In this document: positions 13,901 through 22,900 of the stretch, piece after piece
Position numbering within the stretch: position 1 is the first letter of the stretch
Layout: every line of letters starts with the position of its first letter
The notes under the pieces: generated by a model
Told to the model about the DNA's origin: nothing
Databases searched by the model: none
The model's input: only the letters and a program-made list of their open reading frames with translations
Program-made: the position numbers and the translations under genes
From: Nanobdellota archaeon
GTDB lineage: Archaea; Nanobdellota; Nanobdellia; Woesearchaeales; JBHPGL01
DNA length: 47,883 nucleotides
Assembly (NCBI GenBank): GCA_042570655.1
Contig: JBHPGL010000002.1
Span: 1-47,883, forward strand
Direction of reading: 5' to 3'

Positions 13901-13966
13901 AAACGTAAGAAAGAAAAAATTAGAGAAAGACTAAGAAAAAGATTTAGCAGGAAAAATAAAAAATAA
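1982..13966 (+). CDS. Giant membrane-anchored cell-surface glycoprotein A (~3994 aa)
   Basis: Uninterrupted 12-kb ORF. N-terminal basic + hydrophobic signal, Pro/Glu linker, many Ig/cadherin-like repeats (DxDGD, NVTNVNDPP), pentapeptide-like Ser/Asn solenoid, Cys-rich CGDG / WxCSDWGDC / ETDIDCGG modules, C-terminal TM helix and very basic tail. Dense N-x-S/T sequons. The ATG at 1982 is preferred over the TTG at 1967. Confidence 0.88.
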   Translation: MKRKNELANRIVIFGSIILAIILLSSLSLVLSSFVTFEINPDPLVSGEEISGNANLNFNSDFYPKNSLIVLTIDDLTSALYLWDLIEGESQNGTYGEEIIEGYYVESSLEEIDLSLFNVNAPDEGEYVLTLSIVYEGDILDEDSTIVTVEPASEMPSLTVPETPEEPELPPEPQIPQEPEVPEQPVNETEEPELPAQDPPEQPVNETQEPNETEEVVPVDMGIIVPDFGVQALPTYSNFDGNTTDFSAVLDIEDVLNAVLEVDGIGKIMWTTDINASGADFDSYVTISDNHIMVDIINLDSSMNNTAEITFYTISQNYDNPTLYWDQDDNGEYGQCEDCIFLSDDGQNITYFIPHFTSFKIGESTYLEIWDQRDPEGGSQVKHVNDSVIFYSNFSYTNTTAIVNDSGSGCNITFKTSGSYGLWDIMTFNATSDLYEYSRNFTNSELVYYNVSCYDNETETLEEIDSIQIGDLGNYTIDIITPFGTDFEAAQNEFFEFTINVTCNALCGQINLTLDPFATGGNFNVSTKMDWHSANSTTGNPYDARTSGGFQPTADMSGGALSGDIGALANTEPIIHNVTIETVPVFYNALTYCKANVSDLESNINNVRFNLSSTSREFIINGTLVNDWYQVNFFANETGNWTCDVIAYDAYGLNDTYSVLFNVSDKYDVNNGVVPVGSGNPFYTNESNPQSCFLNETDTFCSITWWVNATGELYTTFEFFIIGEGEYEDRNSSKINVTIKGNAQPTLNDISMPSVIEESSNFTITAIGANDFEQSNLTFICSYDSSPNMTNTICNAGTTFVTSPPYDLTCNVTADSDHEYNTTYCLVYDGGKYSTVVSDDYIDNDYPTLDSISLVPSTGMLSEFVVTTSINANDASNDQLKIKCGTSSSNYDLCESTLGAPQRSCTFNSPWSDNSEHEVYCIIEDEYSFTSFERNTKFTADNIAATTLSIIGVEGDTTSKYWDTVNNNMTVIQFNLNETGDVCRYNNYDRTYSTISPTRECTVSGTIGSCNAWDVIRDQINSTFIYVSCNDQYNNEQNISINLDVYLGVDWTKPTVTTSNDGDIYLPGYNVTFNITDVPQGTYKTSQYCVDSDNTCSPSTEIQTSENVTFNTRGVWYLRYNATDEALNRNETKATIVFINQLIEISNPVFNNVSYENHIINISFDTLENDSSQTVTCNLYHRSNITAGVFTSKMMNLTNGISTNGTFTVNLSLSDSYSISEPVQFYANCSDTMEDVQSDMYVYQIANREPVQSSLLPNQTWKEDESLIINLSEYLIDLDGDAVTFNSSGTTNINVVITNEMANLTPIDNWFGIEYVTFGINDTLSTSNLSNLVKLTVYSVPDIYMSTYSGTDFEGISETFSVDKYVKISTVLDYIQNVSAGNITFLDPITFDRDLNIDYNVSINYNSITIDSTGAPELNEPAEITFVGVTEIVVTPWLYKDGVRCDNTSDCSFVSMDLGNDIFKFNVTSFSTYHMNNSNYPPTMGAVQVIPSTAYIHNDYNCSAIASDGEQSTLSYYFTWYIDSVQNTTWDTTVNCANGTICYTDTLIPSYAIKHFENLTCEVYANDLTFNSSKNSDSITILNSQTTFDFNLANQSLFNNANLTYDINCSDNDTDTITYYDDTILFDINSSTGLIEDDPDVIETGNYSITITCSDSYINTTQSFVYEIRNRIPTTTNLILNSTDDPLNRTRGNLYFYYTYNDNDNNAEVTKIIKWYRDDLEIDYLENLTTIANSSTLKGQTWIASISVFDGFEWSVFGNSSSITIENTAPVFSVPLQNQSVYHSDELYYTISCDDEDTADTMIYYDNSPMFDIHPLAGAMNDNPNQSEVGVYNIIINCSDGMVNATDNFNYTILNYIPESQNLIISNSDSLNRTNGDIISYYEYYDNDNDPKSDQHIIWYLNDTLQPSLENLTSIPNTQTTKADNWKFAVRVNDGLDWSQFVNSSSIQIVNAAPYFEIDNRTMDEDSVEFINLTFKSDDYDGDNLVWTVIQENTSEADCNIVSDNLSIIPPLNWFGIASCTINVTDGESTNQSTFYINVTNVNDPPSTVTLTNPIEMFNTSNYFEMFNWTIATDVDPDTLTYYLIIDNSPTFTSTDSNSSTLNLYYYENLTELTDNIYYWKIIVCDDGTPSLCNSSTTNRTMNIDRTAPDITIDNPQTDNKLGYNVNLQNTIADNTAGAVGVDQAWYLIYNSTGSLTSSGTLSGPSYDSVWATTLNNPPDDYYTLIVYANDTLGNEDNESVSFYLDNTVPAINIIYPNNINLTNDFNIDVRLSNLMLDYSYYNITNSTGYNLRSNITYNINAVEYNWTDFAEIISWNDDIYNITVFVKDVSGNNNTQFANFIIDQTPPKYSGVVTTTPIYNDVNVNLNVTWTDNLAGIKNVTIETNASGIWESTLTLYNSGSEYYIIIPSSALENQEVVGWRSYSYDTAGNYNETPIYAFQVQNRMPNVTSTFITTDDTLNRTLANLTSNYVYYDIDGDAENMSYIKWYLNNTEITALENSSTVLNTFTTKHDRWILSVKVHDGLVWSTWLNSSEVIINNYLPFITNVILNATDHPFNKTDANLDIYYLYNDYDNDPESDYHIIWYLNESIQLGLENQTIILDENTTKHDIWKASISVFDNEEWSLYVNSSIIQILNTAPIHTTPTITPNPAYRLDNLLCNNHSTFDQDNDPVTNNYRWFRNNTLLAETSNTLPTGNFEYGDYIICEITPFDQEEYGVPKNSSAIMIQNHAPLLTAMIMQPTAGRNNTYVNLTSYNATDVDLHDLTLMCGNQSGTYNLCTSTAGQPQRECQFNTIWTDDIPHSIYCVVNDGIENSNEIEIAFLADNTAPIMDTNDIIKLDSDYTSPYWDAVNNGFTKLYIQGEINMDCRWNNSDISYGEMLNATECTMIDENTTCNFGNLVQASAYPGYYIACQDQYGNQQNSTTNINIPTFGVDWTDPNVTDNINETYLYTPLFNVTMYEDDYPTGTTVTTYCCEDTTNSCTPNIACDDGAGGWNIVNFTFTTSQRGVRYLRYYGMDEAGNTQTLVSRVVNVKEGITISSYEYIDYVEHVFNVKANASQPDQLAITCNLWHRLNNTGGYTSKAMNLISGPSYNGTYSVNISNSDGYSTFDIVEMYVNCIDPTENFNGSLDYHQIPDIAPYVPDLTYPFNNTYIYWPNITLRFNSSDIDLDTVTYYVFGDTVDATTLIYSGTNDNYLWDPGTGTYLWKVIAGDLYLNSSASDIHEFTLNTTDSIPPTTTDNSTDNWQTWFVNNIVIALNASDYEFGVNHTMYCVDYDYNAGCTPNILSPDNFTSLTISCAANEACVKYVRYYSVDYANNTETTQQSLPIYINGADGAITNSNSTDCVLKNTINMDNSDCQNSYKDDVTMQNSVDINSSVKSSTEIDCNIIRSDFNYSYCQNSNIYDSDIIFSGIINSIMDNMTLIDANYSDSNDTNSVQYSGTLIVDPSILFNNSYYGDNEVYDSNVSNSILNSSIIVNSDINFSYLAEDSYIYNMTIFNLSIDGWTITGSGYLIYNGTTYNESNSLLDIFCGDGIYNYPNKGAFETCNSCPADVGACPVESRGGGGGPTVACKPDWNCSDWGDCSAVGEQTRTCTDANGCSRTNYKVTYTGEGDVFFTEKDILTMVETRECTPYVGESCHDQKMNQDETDIDCGGIRCKKCGIGMNCLTRNDCTSLLCENNKCIDEDITKDYCNDGILNLEETSIDCGGACGDCEIIIQGLEEEFKTNTSYTIKVINSKDYLVEGLKLTITLPDGSLIDMISNDQGELSLLITQSGNVNLLFEKLGHLTEESSIIVEPKLIDQPAGPSIFSRIYSAVKQAANYIVQNYKITILPIVIAIILALMIVRIHEFGKLRSFAIKEFKAGFSKEKVHNHMKRKGIKKREFVERYINRLRKKKYGRRDRLRKVKKLAEASDDEKIVEVKKSKHSFDKKTDKIDSDWGKFRKTMKKELKHEKKEIKTDKIKEIKRQIKVKRKKEKIRERLRKRFSRKNKK
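2461..2625 (+). repeat. Pro/Glu-rich linker with duplicated PEQPVNET unit
   Basis: Encodes PETPEEPELPPEPQIPQEPEVPEQPVNETEEPELPAQDPPEQPVNETQEPNETEE; CCAGAACARCCAGTAAATGAAAC occurs twice. Confidence 0.8.
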
Positions 13967-13970
13967 AAAA

Positions 13971-16900
13971 ATGTCAAATAAAAACAAAAAAGGAATGAGC
14001 AATAATGTTATGATAGGAGCATCTATCATATTAGCATTAACTTTAGTAATTTTAATTGGCATAAATTTATCAGGTCAAGTTACATTTAATGTTGATAAAG
14101 CAACATTTACTGCTGAAGAATCTTTAACAGGCAATTTAAATATAGAATTTGATAAAGAATTTTATCCTGAAGATTCGATTGTTGTAGTTAACCTTGACGG
14201 TAAAAGTAGCGGACTTTATTTGAGAGATATAGTAGATAATGAAAATTTTATTACAGACGTTTATGATGGTGAAGAAGTCCAAGGTTATTTGTTAGATGAA
14301 AATTTCAATGTAGAATTATCTTTGTTCAACTTAAATGCTCCTGATGAAGAAGGAATTTATGATTTATCAGTAAATTTATATTATGAATCTTCATTAATTG
14401 AAGAATATGGTAATGAAATTGAAGTTATTGGATCAGATTTAGATACAGGTAATAATGAAATCCCATTATCAACTCAAGAACAGCCATCTCCACAACAACA
14501 ATCACAACCTTCATTTAGTGTTCAATCAAGTGAAGGTTCATTGTTATACCATACATTTGGAGATGGTACAGGTGGAGTATTAAATGAAACTGAATGTGAT
14601 GGTACTAGTGAAGGCTCAGTTACTTGGTTAGGGACACATGTCAATGATGATCCATTCCATGGATATTTATTAGTAACTAACGCACCGCAGGCAAAAATAG
14701 ATAATATGGAAATAAGCTTAGGCGCTATAAATAATAATCCAGAAACCGAAAATATCATTGTAGATTTAAAAATATGTCCAACAGATATAACAACTTTCTT
14801 ACATCCAATGGGTCCTATTGATTCAAACTGTACATCTGCATATACAGTTGTAAAGAATGATTGGAATGCAAGTCAAATATTTGGAACTAATTCAGGATTT
14901 GTCAATTTAACTTTTGACAATAATTATACAATGTTATCTTCCAACAATTATATTATTAAGGCAGAAGTAGTTTCATATTCTGCTTCAGATGGTGCTTATG
15001 ATTTATGGGGTATAAATTTTGATTCAAATCCTACAAATAGATATGCAGGTTTTGGTTATAATTTTGGAGCAGCAAATAGCAGCAACCAATATATCTTAGA
15101 TTTCAAATTATGGGGATATGATTTGACAGGTTTACCAACACCAATTTCAGACTGTCAAACAATATCATCTCCAGGATCTTATGAAATTGGTCAGGATATT
15201 GATGGTAGTGGGACTTGCCTCACTATTGCCTCAGATAATGTAATAATTGATTGTAATGGTTATACTATTAATTATTCACAAAGTTCAATAGGTTATGGTA
15301 TAAATATTACTGGTTACAATAATATCACAGTACAGAATTGTAATATTGTGCAGGATAATAGTAGTGTGAGTATAACAAAAGGTATTTATATGGGTAATGC
15401 CAATGACAATACTGTTTCCGAAACAAATATTACTATTTCAGGTAAAAATGCGCAGGGTATACAAATAAAATCGTCTTCTGATCAGAATACTATTTCTGAT
15501 GTTGTAATCAATATGTTATATCTAAATACTGGTGGTGGTTCAGCTGCTCAAGGTATTTTGATAGATGATTCGGATAACAATGATATTACAAATTCAGATA
15601 TTACAACTGTAGGGGAGGATGGATATGGTATATATTTATACCAAGCAGTTGCTACTGATATTTCTGGTGTGATAATCAATACAACAAATAGCGATACAGG
15701 TAATCGCGCATATGGTGTTTATTTGAATAATGCTGATAATAATGACCTTTCTGATGTTACAATCAATACAGTTGCTGGATACGGAGTCTACCTAAGCGCT
15801 TCTGATTACAATAATGTTACAGATAGTGATATTAGTACTACTGGAAGTAGTACATATGCTATTTATCCGGTAGGTGATTCTGATGGTAATATTGTTTCAA
15901 ATTGTAATTTGATCACCATTGGTTTCAATGCAATGGTTTATAGAAATGCTGCTGCAGGCTGCGATGATAATGTCATTCAAAATAGTTTTCTTGATTTTTC
16001 AAGCAGTTATGGTATTCAAACAGTCAACAGAATGAACATAACCAATAATACTATAAGGGCTCATGGTGCGAACACTGATTGTCTCTATTTCGGTGCCAGT
16101 ACAAGTGGAAGTATAGTCTCTGACAATATATTTAATAACTGTACTTATGGTATAGAATTGACTAACTCACAGGGAAATAATATTTATAACAACTACTTCA
16201 ACATAACTCCAAGTGGAAATTATACTCAATTTGCTGGTACGATTTACAGCAATACTTGGAATACCACAAATACTTCTGCGACAAACATAGCAGGTGGATC
16301 CAATATAGGTGGAAACTATTTGGGTAAGACAGATAGTTCTGGATATTCTGATACTTGTTCAGCCGATGTGAATGGATTCTGTCAAGAATTCGATTTGATT
16401 GCAAGTGCAGCATGCACAGCTGGGGTGAACTGTGGAAATAATACTGATTACTTGCCTTTATCATCAAACTTTTCAAACCAAGCAAATACAATCTCATCAT
16501 GCCAAACAATATCATCTCCAGGATTATATACTTTAACCCAATCAATTGATGTCTCATATATAGGAACTGGCGGATCTTGCATTAATTTTACATCAGATGA
16601 CGTAATATTAGATTGTGACAGCTATTCAATAACTGTTACTTCTGATAATACTCAACTTGGCCATGGTATATACATTAATAATCAGGATAATATTACAATA
16701 CAAAATTGTAAAATAAATATTAGTGATGTCTCATCTTCTTCTTATTGTATAGAAGCCAATGGAAATTGTAGCGATTTAACTATTATTAATAATGACTTAT
16801 ATGCTGATCGAACAAGTGCTCCAGCAGCATCAGGAGGAATTAATATTGATGTATCTGCATTTACAGATGACGTATTAATTGAAAATATTAATATTACTTT

Positions 16901-19900
16901 ATTCAATCAAATGGTAACAGGTATTGTATTGGAAAAATTACAGGATGTTACTGTAAAAGATGTATTTATTGATAATGCAAAATATGGGATTATTTTACAA
17001 AGTAGTAATTCTGGACAAAAGTTAATCATTGATAATGAATTAAACATGACTCGTTTTAATCCTGAAGGAATTAGAATTTATAATTCTGTATTTGAAAATA
17101 TTAGCAATAATATAATTTATGGACTTGATGACACAAGTACTGGTATAAATATTATTAATTCAAATGGAAATAATATTCTTGGAAACAATATCAATTTTAA
17201 TGCTACAACAGCTACTGGTTCTAAAGGTATAAAAATTGATTCAGGAAACAATATTAATGTTGAAAGGAATGTAATTGTAATGGGTAGTTCAGGATCAAAT
17301 GCTATTGAATTGGAAAATTCCAGTCATGGAGATTATTTAAATAATAATATTACTCAATATTATAATAATGTTACAGGGGGAGGAAATTGTATTTATATGT
17401 TTAGTGGAAGTAATGATAATGAAATTACTTCAAATCGATTTATTGATAAATGCGGACAATATTCTTTAAAAATAGAAAATTCTAATGATTCATTAATTTA
17501 TAACAACCTTGTTGATGTAGTTTCAGATGTTTATGACAATTCATATAATTCATGGAACACTACAAATCAATCAGGTCCAAATATTTATGGTGGACCTTAT
17601 ATTGGCGGAAATTATTGGCAGATTTATGGAGGTTCTGATATAGATAATGATGGTTTTGGAAGTATTAATCTTCCATTTACTGGATTAAGTTCTATATCTA
17701 ATGGAGGAGATTATCTTCCATTAACAATTCAATCTGTAAATCAAGCACCAACACATTCACAACCATTATTAAACTCTTCAACAGGTCAAAATCTAACAAG
17801 TGATAATTTAACAGTATATGCGCAAGATCTAACAGATCCAAATTCAGATCCAATATTTGAAATTATCAATTGGAACCTTGATGGAACTACAATAACAAGT
17901 CTTCACCTACCATTCGAAGGTGGATCAAATAATACTTATACAAAAGATTACAGTACTATTGGAAACGATGGAACAGTAAACGATTCAATTTGGACAAATA
18001 ATATAGGTCATAATAATAAAGGTGCATATACATTTGACGGAATACATGATTATATTGATCTTGGAGATCCTGGTGATGGAAGTCTAGATATGGGATCAAA
18101 CAACTTTGCAGTTTCACTTTGGATTAAAACCAATTATTCTGGTGGAAACCAACCAATAATCTCTAAAAAAGGTGGCGGTGCAGATCCAGGTTATCAAATA
18201 TTTGTTGTAAGTAACAGTTTACAGCCTTATATGGGAGATGGTACAAATGCTTGTGGATATACAGCTTCAACAATTGTCAATGATAATCAATGGCATCATA
18301 TTGTATTTGGAAGAGATGGTCAATCAGTTAGATTATTTATTGATGGCCAAGAAGATGCATCATCACCATTTACAGGACTTCAATGTTCATCATTAGGTAA
18401 TATGGATTCTACTAAAGATTTACAAATAGGAAAACAACCAACCACATCTCCATCTAGATTTAATGGAACAATTGACGATGTAATTATTTTTGATGATATC
18501 ATATCTCTTGAACAAGTTCAAGCATTACATAATGATAGAACTGATTTGATGGTATCACAAGAAACATTTACAGGAAGTGAATGGCAAGCTTGCATAACTC
18601 CAAATGATGGTGCAATAGATGGTACAACTTTATGTAGTAATACTTTATCAATCCCAGACCAATATGCAAATTCATTTGATGGCGAAACAACAGACTTTGA
18701 TAACGCTCCAGATATTCAAAATGTAGTTAATGTAACATTAGAAAATTCTTCAACAGGTAAAATTGTATGGAACAGTACAACAAATTGTTCAGGTGTTACT
18801 TTTGATAATAATGTGCATATCCTACACAATTATGTATATGTAAATATTACGGCTCTTGGAGACCAATTTAATAAAACTGCATATATCTATTTATATTATT
18901 TATCCTTATTTCCAAATCCTCTAGTGTTTGTTGATCAAGGACCTGGATGGCAGGAATGTGATTTCTGTTCAATTATAGATGTATCTGGAAATAATTATAC
19001 AATTGAAGTTGATCATTTTACAGCATTTAAAATGGGCAATCTTGCAAACCTATCAATCTGGGATCAAAACGATACAGAAGGCGGTGGATTAATAACAATC
19101 ACAAATAATCAAATTAATTTCTATGCAAATTATACTACTAGCGGACTTCCAATTAATTCTTCATATGGAGATTGTAATATTTCATTTACAGATTCTGTTA
19201 ATATTGCAATGACATATAACGATACTTCAGATTATTATGAATATCAAAGATTATTTACTAGTTCAGGATTAAAATCTTATAATGTAACTTGTGACGGTAT
19301 AGAATTATTAACAGCAACAGATTCCATTAATCTTGCTTCAACACAAGCTTCATTAAATTCAATTAATCTAAATCCAAACAGAGGTAAATCAGGTATAACA
19401 GTTAATGTAACTTCTGTTGGCGCATCTGAAAATAGTGGAAAAGATGTAATGTTAATGTGCGGCAACTTATCAGGATCATACAATCTATGTAATAGTACTT
19501 CAGGTCAACCAGAACGAAGTTGTACATTCACCTCACCTTACACCGATGATAGTCAACATCAAGTTTATTGTATAATCATGAATACAGACAATGTTTCATC
19601 TTCAGAAAGAAACACAATATTCACTGCAGATAATTCTCCTCCTCAAAATGTTGCAATCATAAATGTCGAAGGTGATACATCAGTTAAATATTGGGATACT
19701 GATAATGATGCAAACACAGTTGTACAATTAAATCTAAATGAAACAGGTTTAAGATGCAGATATGATGAAGTTGATTTAAGTTACAGTTCTATATCATTTG
19801 ATCAAAACTGTTCAGTATCCGGCGGACTTGCAAATTGTAATGTTTGGGGAATGTCAAATACAAATGCACAAATCAACGACACTTCTGTATATATCAGCTG

Positions 19901-22900
19901 TATAGATCAATATGATAATGAACAATCAAACTCACAAAATACAGATGTAACATTAGGTATTGACTGGACAATTCCAAGCATTAATACAGATAATGACGGA
20001 GATATCTACATTCCTGGTTATAATGTAACATTTGATATTTCAGATATTCCTCCAGGAACAATATTAAATCCTTTATATTGTAATGATACAACAAATGTAT
20101 GCGATCCAATTGCATCAGTAACAAATGGAACAATAATTACATTCAACAATCGAGGTACAGCATATTTAAGATATAATGCAACAGATGAAGCAGGAAACTT
20201 AAACACTACAAGTTCAACAGCTGTTATGATTAACCAACTGTCATACATCTCAAACGACTTAATACAAAACTATTCTTCAGATGATCATAAGTTTAACTTT
20301 ACATTTGACCTATTAGATAATGATAGTTCACAAACCATTAGCTGTACAATTTATCATAAATTAACAGCCGCTCCAACTTATAATACAAAAGCAATGTCTT
20401 TAAATGGACCTAGTTATAATGGAACTTTCTCTGTTAATATAACTCCTTTAGATGGTGCTTATCAAAACGATTCAGAAATACAATTCTATGGTAATTGTTC
20501 AGATGGACTTGAAACAGTATTAACATCTATTAATGCAAATACATTCCCTAATGCACTACCGTATTTATCAACAGTAATTCCAAACATTACATGGGACGAA
20601 GATGCAGCTAATAATAATGTATATAATTTATATGATCATTTCACAGATCCAAACGATGATATTTTATTATTCTATCCAAATACAACAGCTCCAATCACAG
20701 TTAATATTGCAGCTAATGGTGATGTAAGTTATACACCTCAAGCACAATGGTTTGGTATAGAATATATTAATTTCTTAGCAGAAGACCCTATAATTAAAAC
20801 AAATGTCTCTTCAAATTTTGCATTATTAACAGTTTATTCAGTGCCAGATATTTACATGAACGACTTTACTGGAACAGATATTAACTTAACTTCAACATTA
20901 ATATTTAATGGTACACAATGGATTAAACAAACTAATGTTGGCGATTCATTGATTAATTCTTCAGCAGGTAATGTAACCTTCCAAGAACTTATCAATGTAA
21001 CAAAAGACATTAATTTAACAGACATTTTAACATTAAAACATAATTTAGTAGAGATTGATTCAACAACATGGCCAAACTTTAATGTGAATGCAAAAATTAA
21101 TTTAACAGGACTAACAGAAATTTGGACAAGTTATATCTTTATAATGAAAGATGGAATAAGATGCGATAATACTTCAGATTGTACAGTAACTTCATGGGAT
21201 AATACAAATAAAATAGCAATATTTGACATAACAGGATTTAGTAATTATACTGTTGAAAATGCACAGTCAGCTCCAAATGTAACAACTCCAATTATATATC
21301 CTTCAATTGCATATACAAATGATTCATTAATTTGTACAACAAATGCAACAGATCTTGAACAAACCACATTAAACATAAGCTTTACTTGGTATGAAAATGG
21401 GGTTTTAAATACAACATGGGACAATAATGTTACATGTGCAATCGATACACAATGTAACGCTTCAATATTAGTACCTCCATCAGCAAGTTTCAAACATGAT
21501 AACTTTACATGCCTTGTTACAGCATATGATGGAATTACATTTGGTCATAGTAAAAATTCAACAATAGAAATTGATAATTTAATACCATTGTTTGACCATA
21601 CTCTTGACAACTTTTCATTATTACATACTCAAGATTTATATTATGATATTAATTGTTCAGATACAGATACAAACGATGTAATTACATATTATGATGATAC
21701 TTCATTATTTGATATTAACAGTGCATCAGGAATAATTAATTTCAATCCAAATTTATTTGATACAGGCAATTATACAATTACAATTACGTGTTCAGATGCA
21801 GAAGATAATTCATCACAAATATTTAATTATGAAATTAAAAATACAATTCCAACCTTATCATGGATTTATTTAAATTCAACAGGACAAAATCAAACATTAG
21901 ATAATTTAACATTATATTATACTTATTATGATATTAACAGCGATGCATATAATACAACACGGATAAGATGGTTTAATAATAGTGTTGAAGAACCATTATT
22001 TGAAAATTTAACAGTTATACCTTATCAAAATACTAAAAAAGGTGAAACTTGGAATGCAAGAGTCTATGTTTATGACGGTGTTTATTGGTCAATCTATAAT
22101 ACTTCAAATGACATTGTAATCGAAGACACATTACCATTCTTTGATCCTTCATTAACAAATCAAAGCATTTTACATACAGAAATATTATATTATAATGTAA
22201 ATTGTTCAGATGTAGATGATGATACTTTATCATATTATGAAATAACAGCTCCAAACATGATAGATAGTACAAATGTTAATACAGGAGAATTAATTGATAA
22301 TCCTAGCTTGTTAGAAACAGGTAATTATACTATCGGACTTCAATGCGGTTATACAACAACTTGGGTAAATACTACATTTAATTATGAAGTAAGAAACACA
22401 GCTCCAACTGTTTCATCAGTTTATTTAAATTCAACCAATATTCTGAATAGGACAAACGGCACTTTAAATGTATATTATACATATAATGATGTTGACTTTG
22501 ATCCATTAAATGATATAACTATTAATTGGTATTTAAACGATACAATCCAACCTGCTTTCCAAAATTTATCATCAGTTCCAGATACAAGTACAACAAAACA
22601 CGATGATTGGATAGCAAGCATTTCTGTCTTCGACGGAATTTATTGGAGTAGTTATGTAAATTCATCAACATTAACTATTAACAATCAAATGTCTTACGTT
22701 ACAAATGTAAAATTAAATACAACTTTTAATGATAATTTAACAGACGAAGATTTATTCGGTTATTATATGCATAATGATATTGACAACGATCCTGAATCTG
22801 CAGCATTTATAAAATGGTATTTGAACGATACAGAACAAACTGCTCTACAAAATACAACAACTGTACTTAGCGGTAATACAACAAAACATGAAACATGGAT

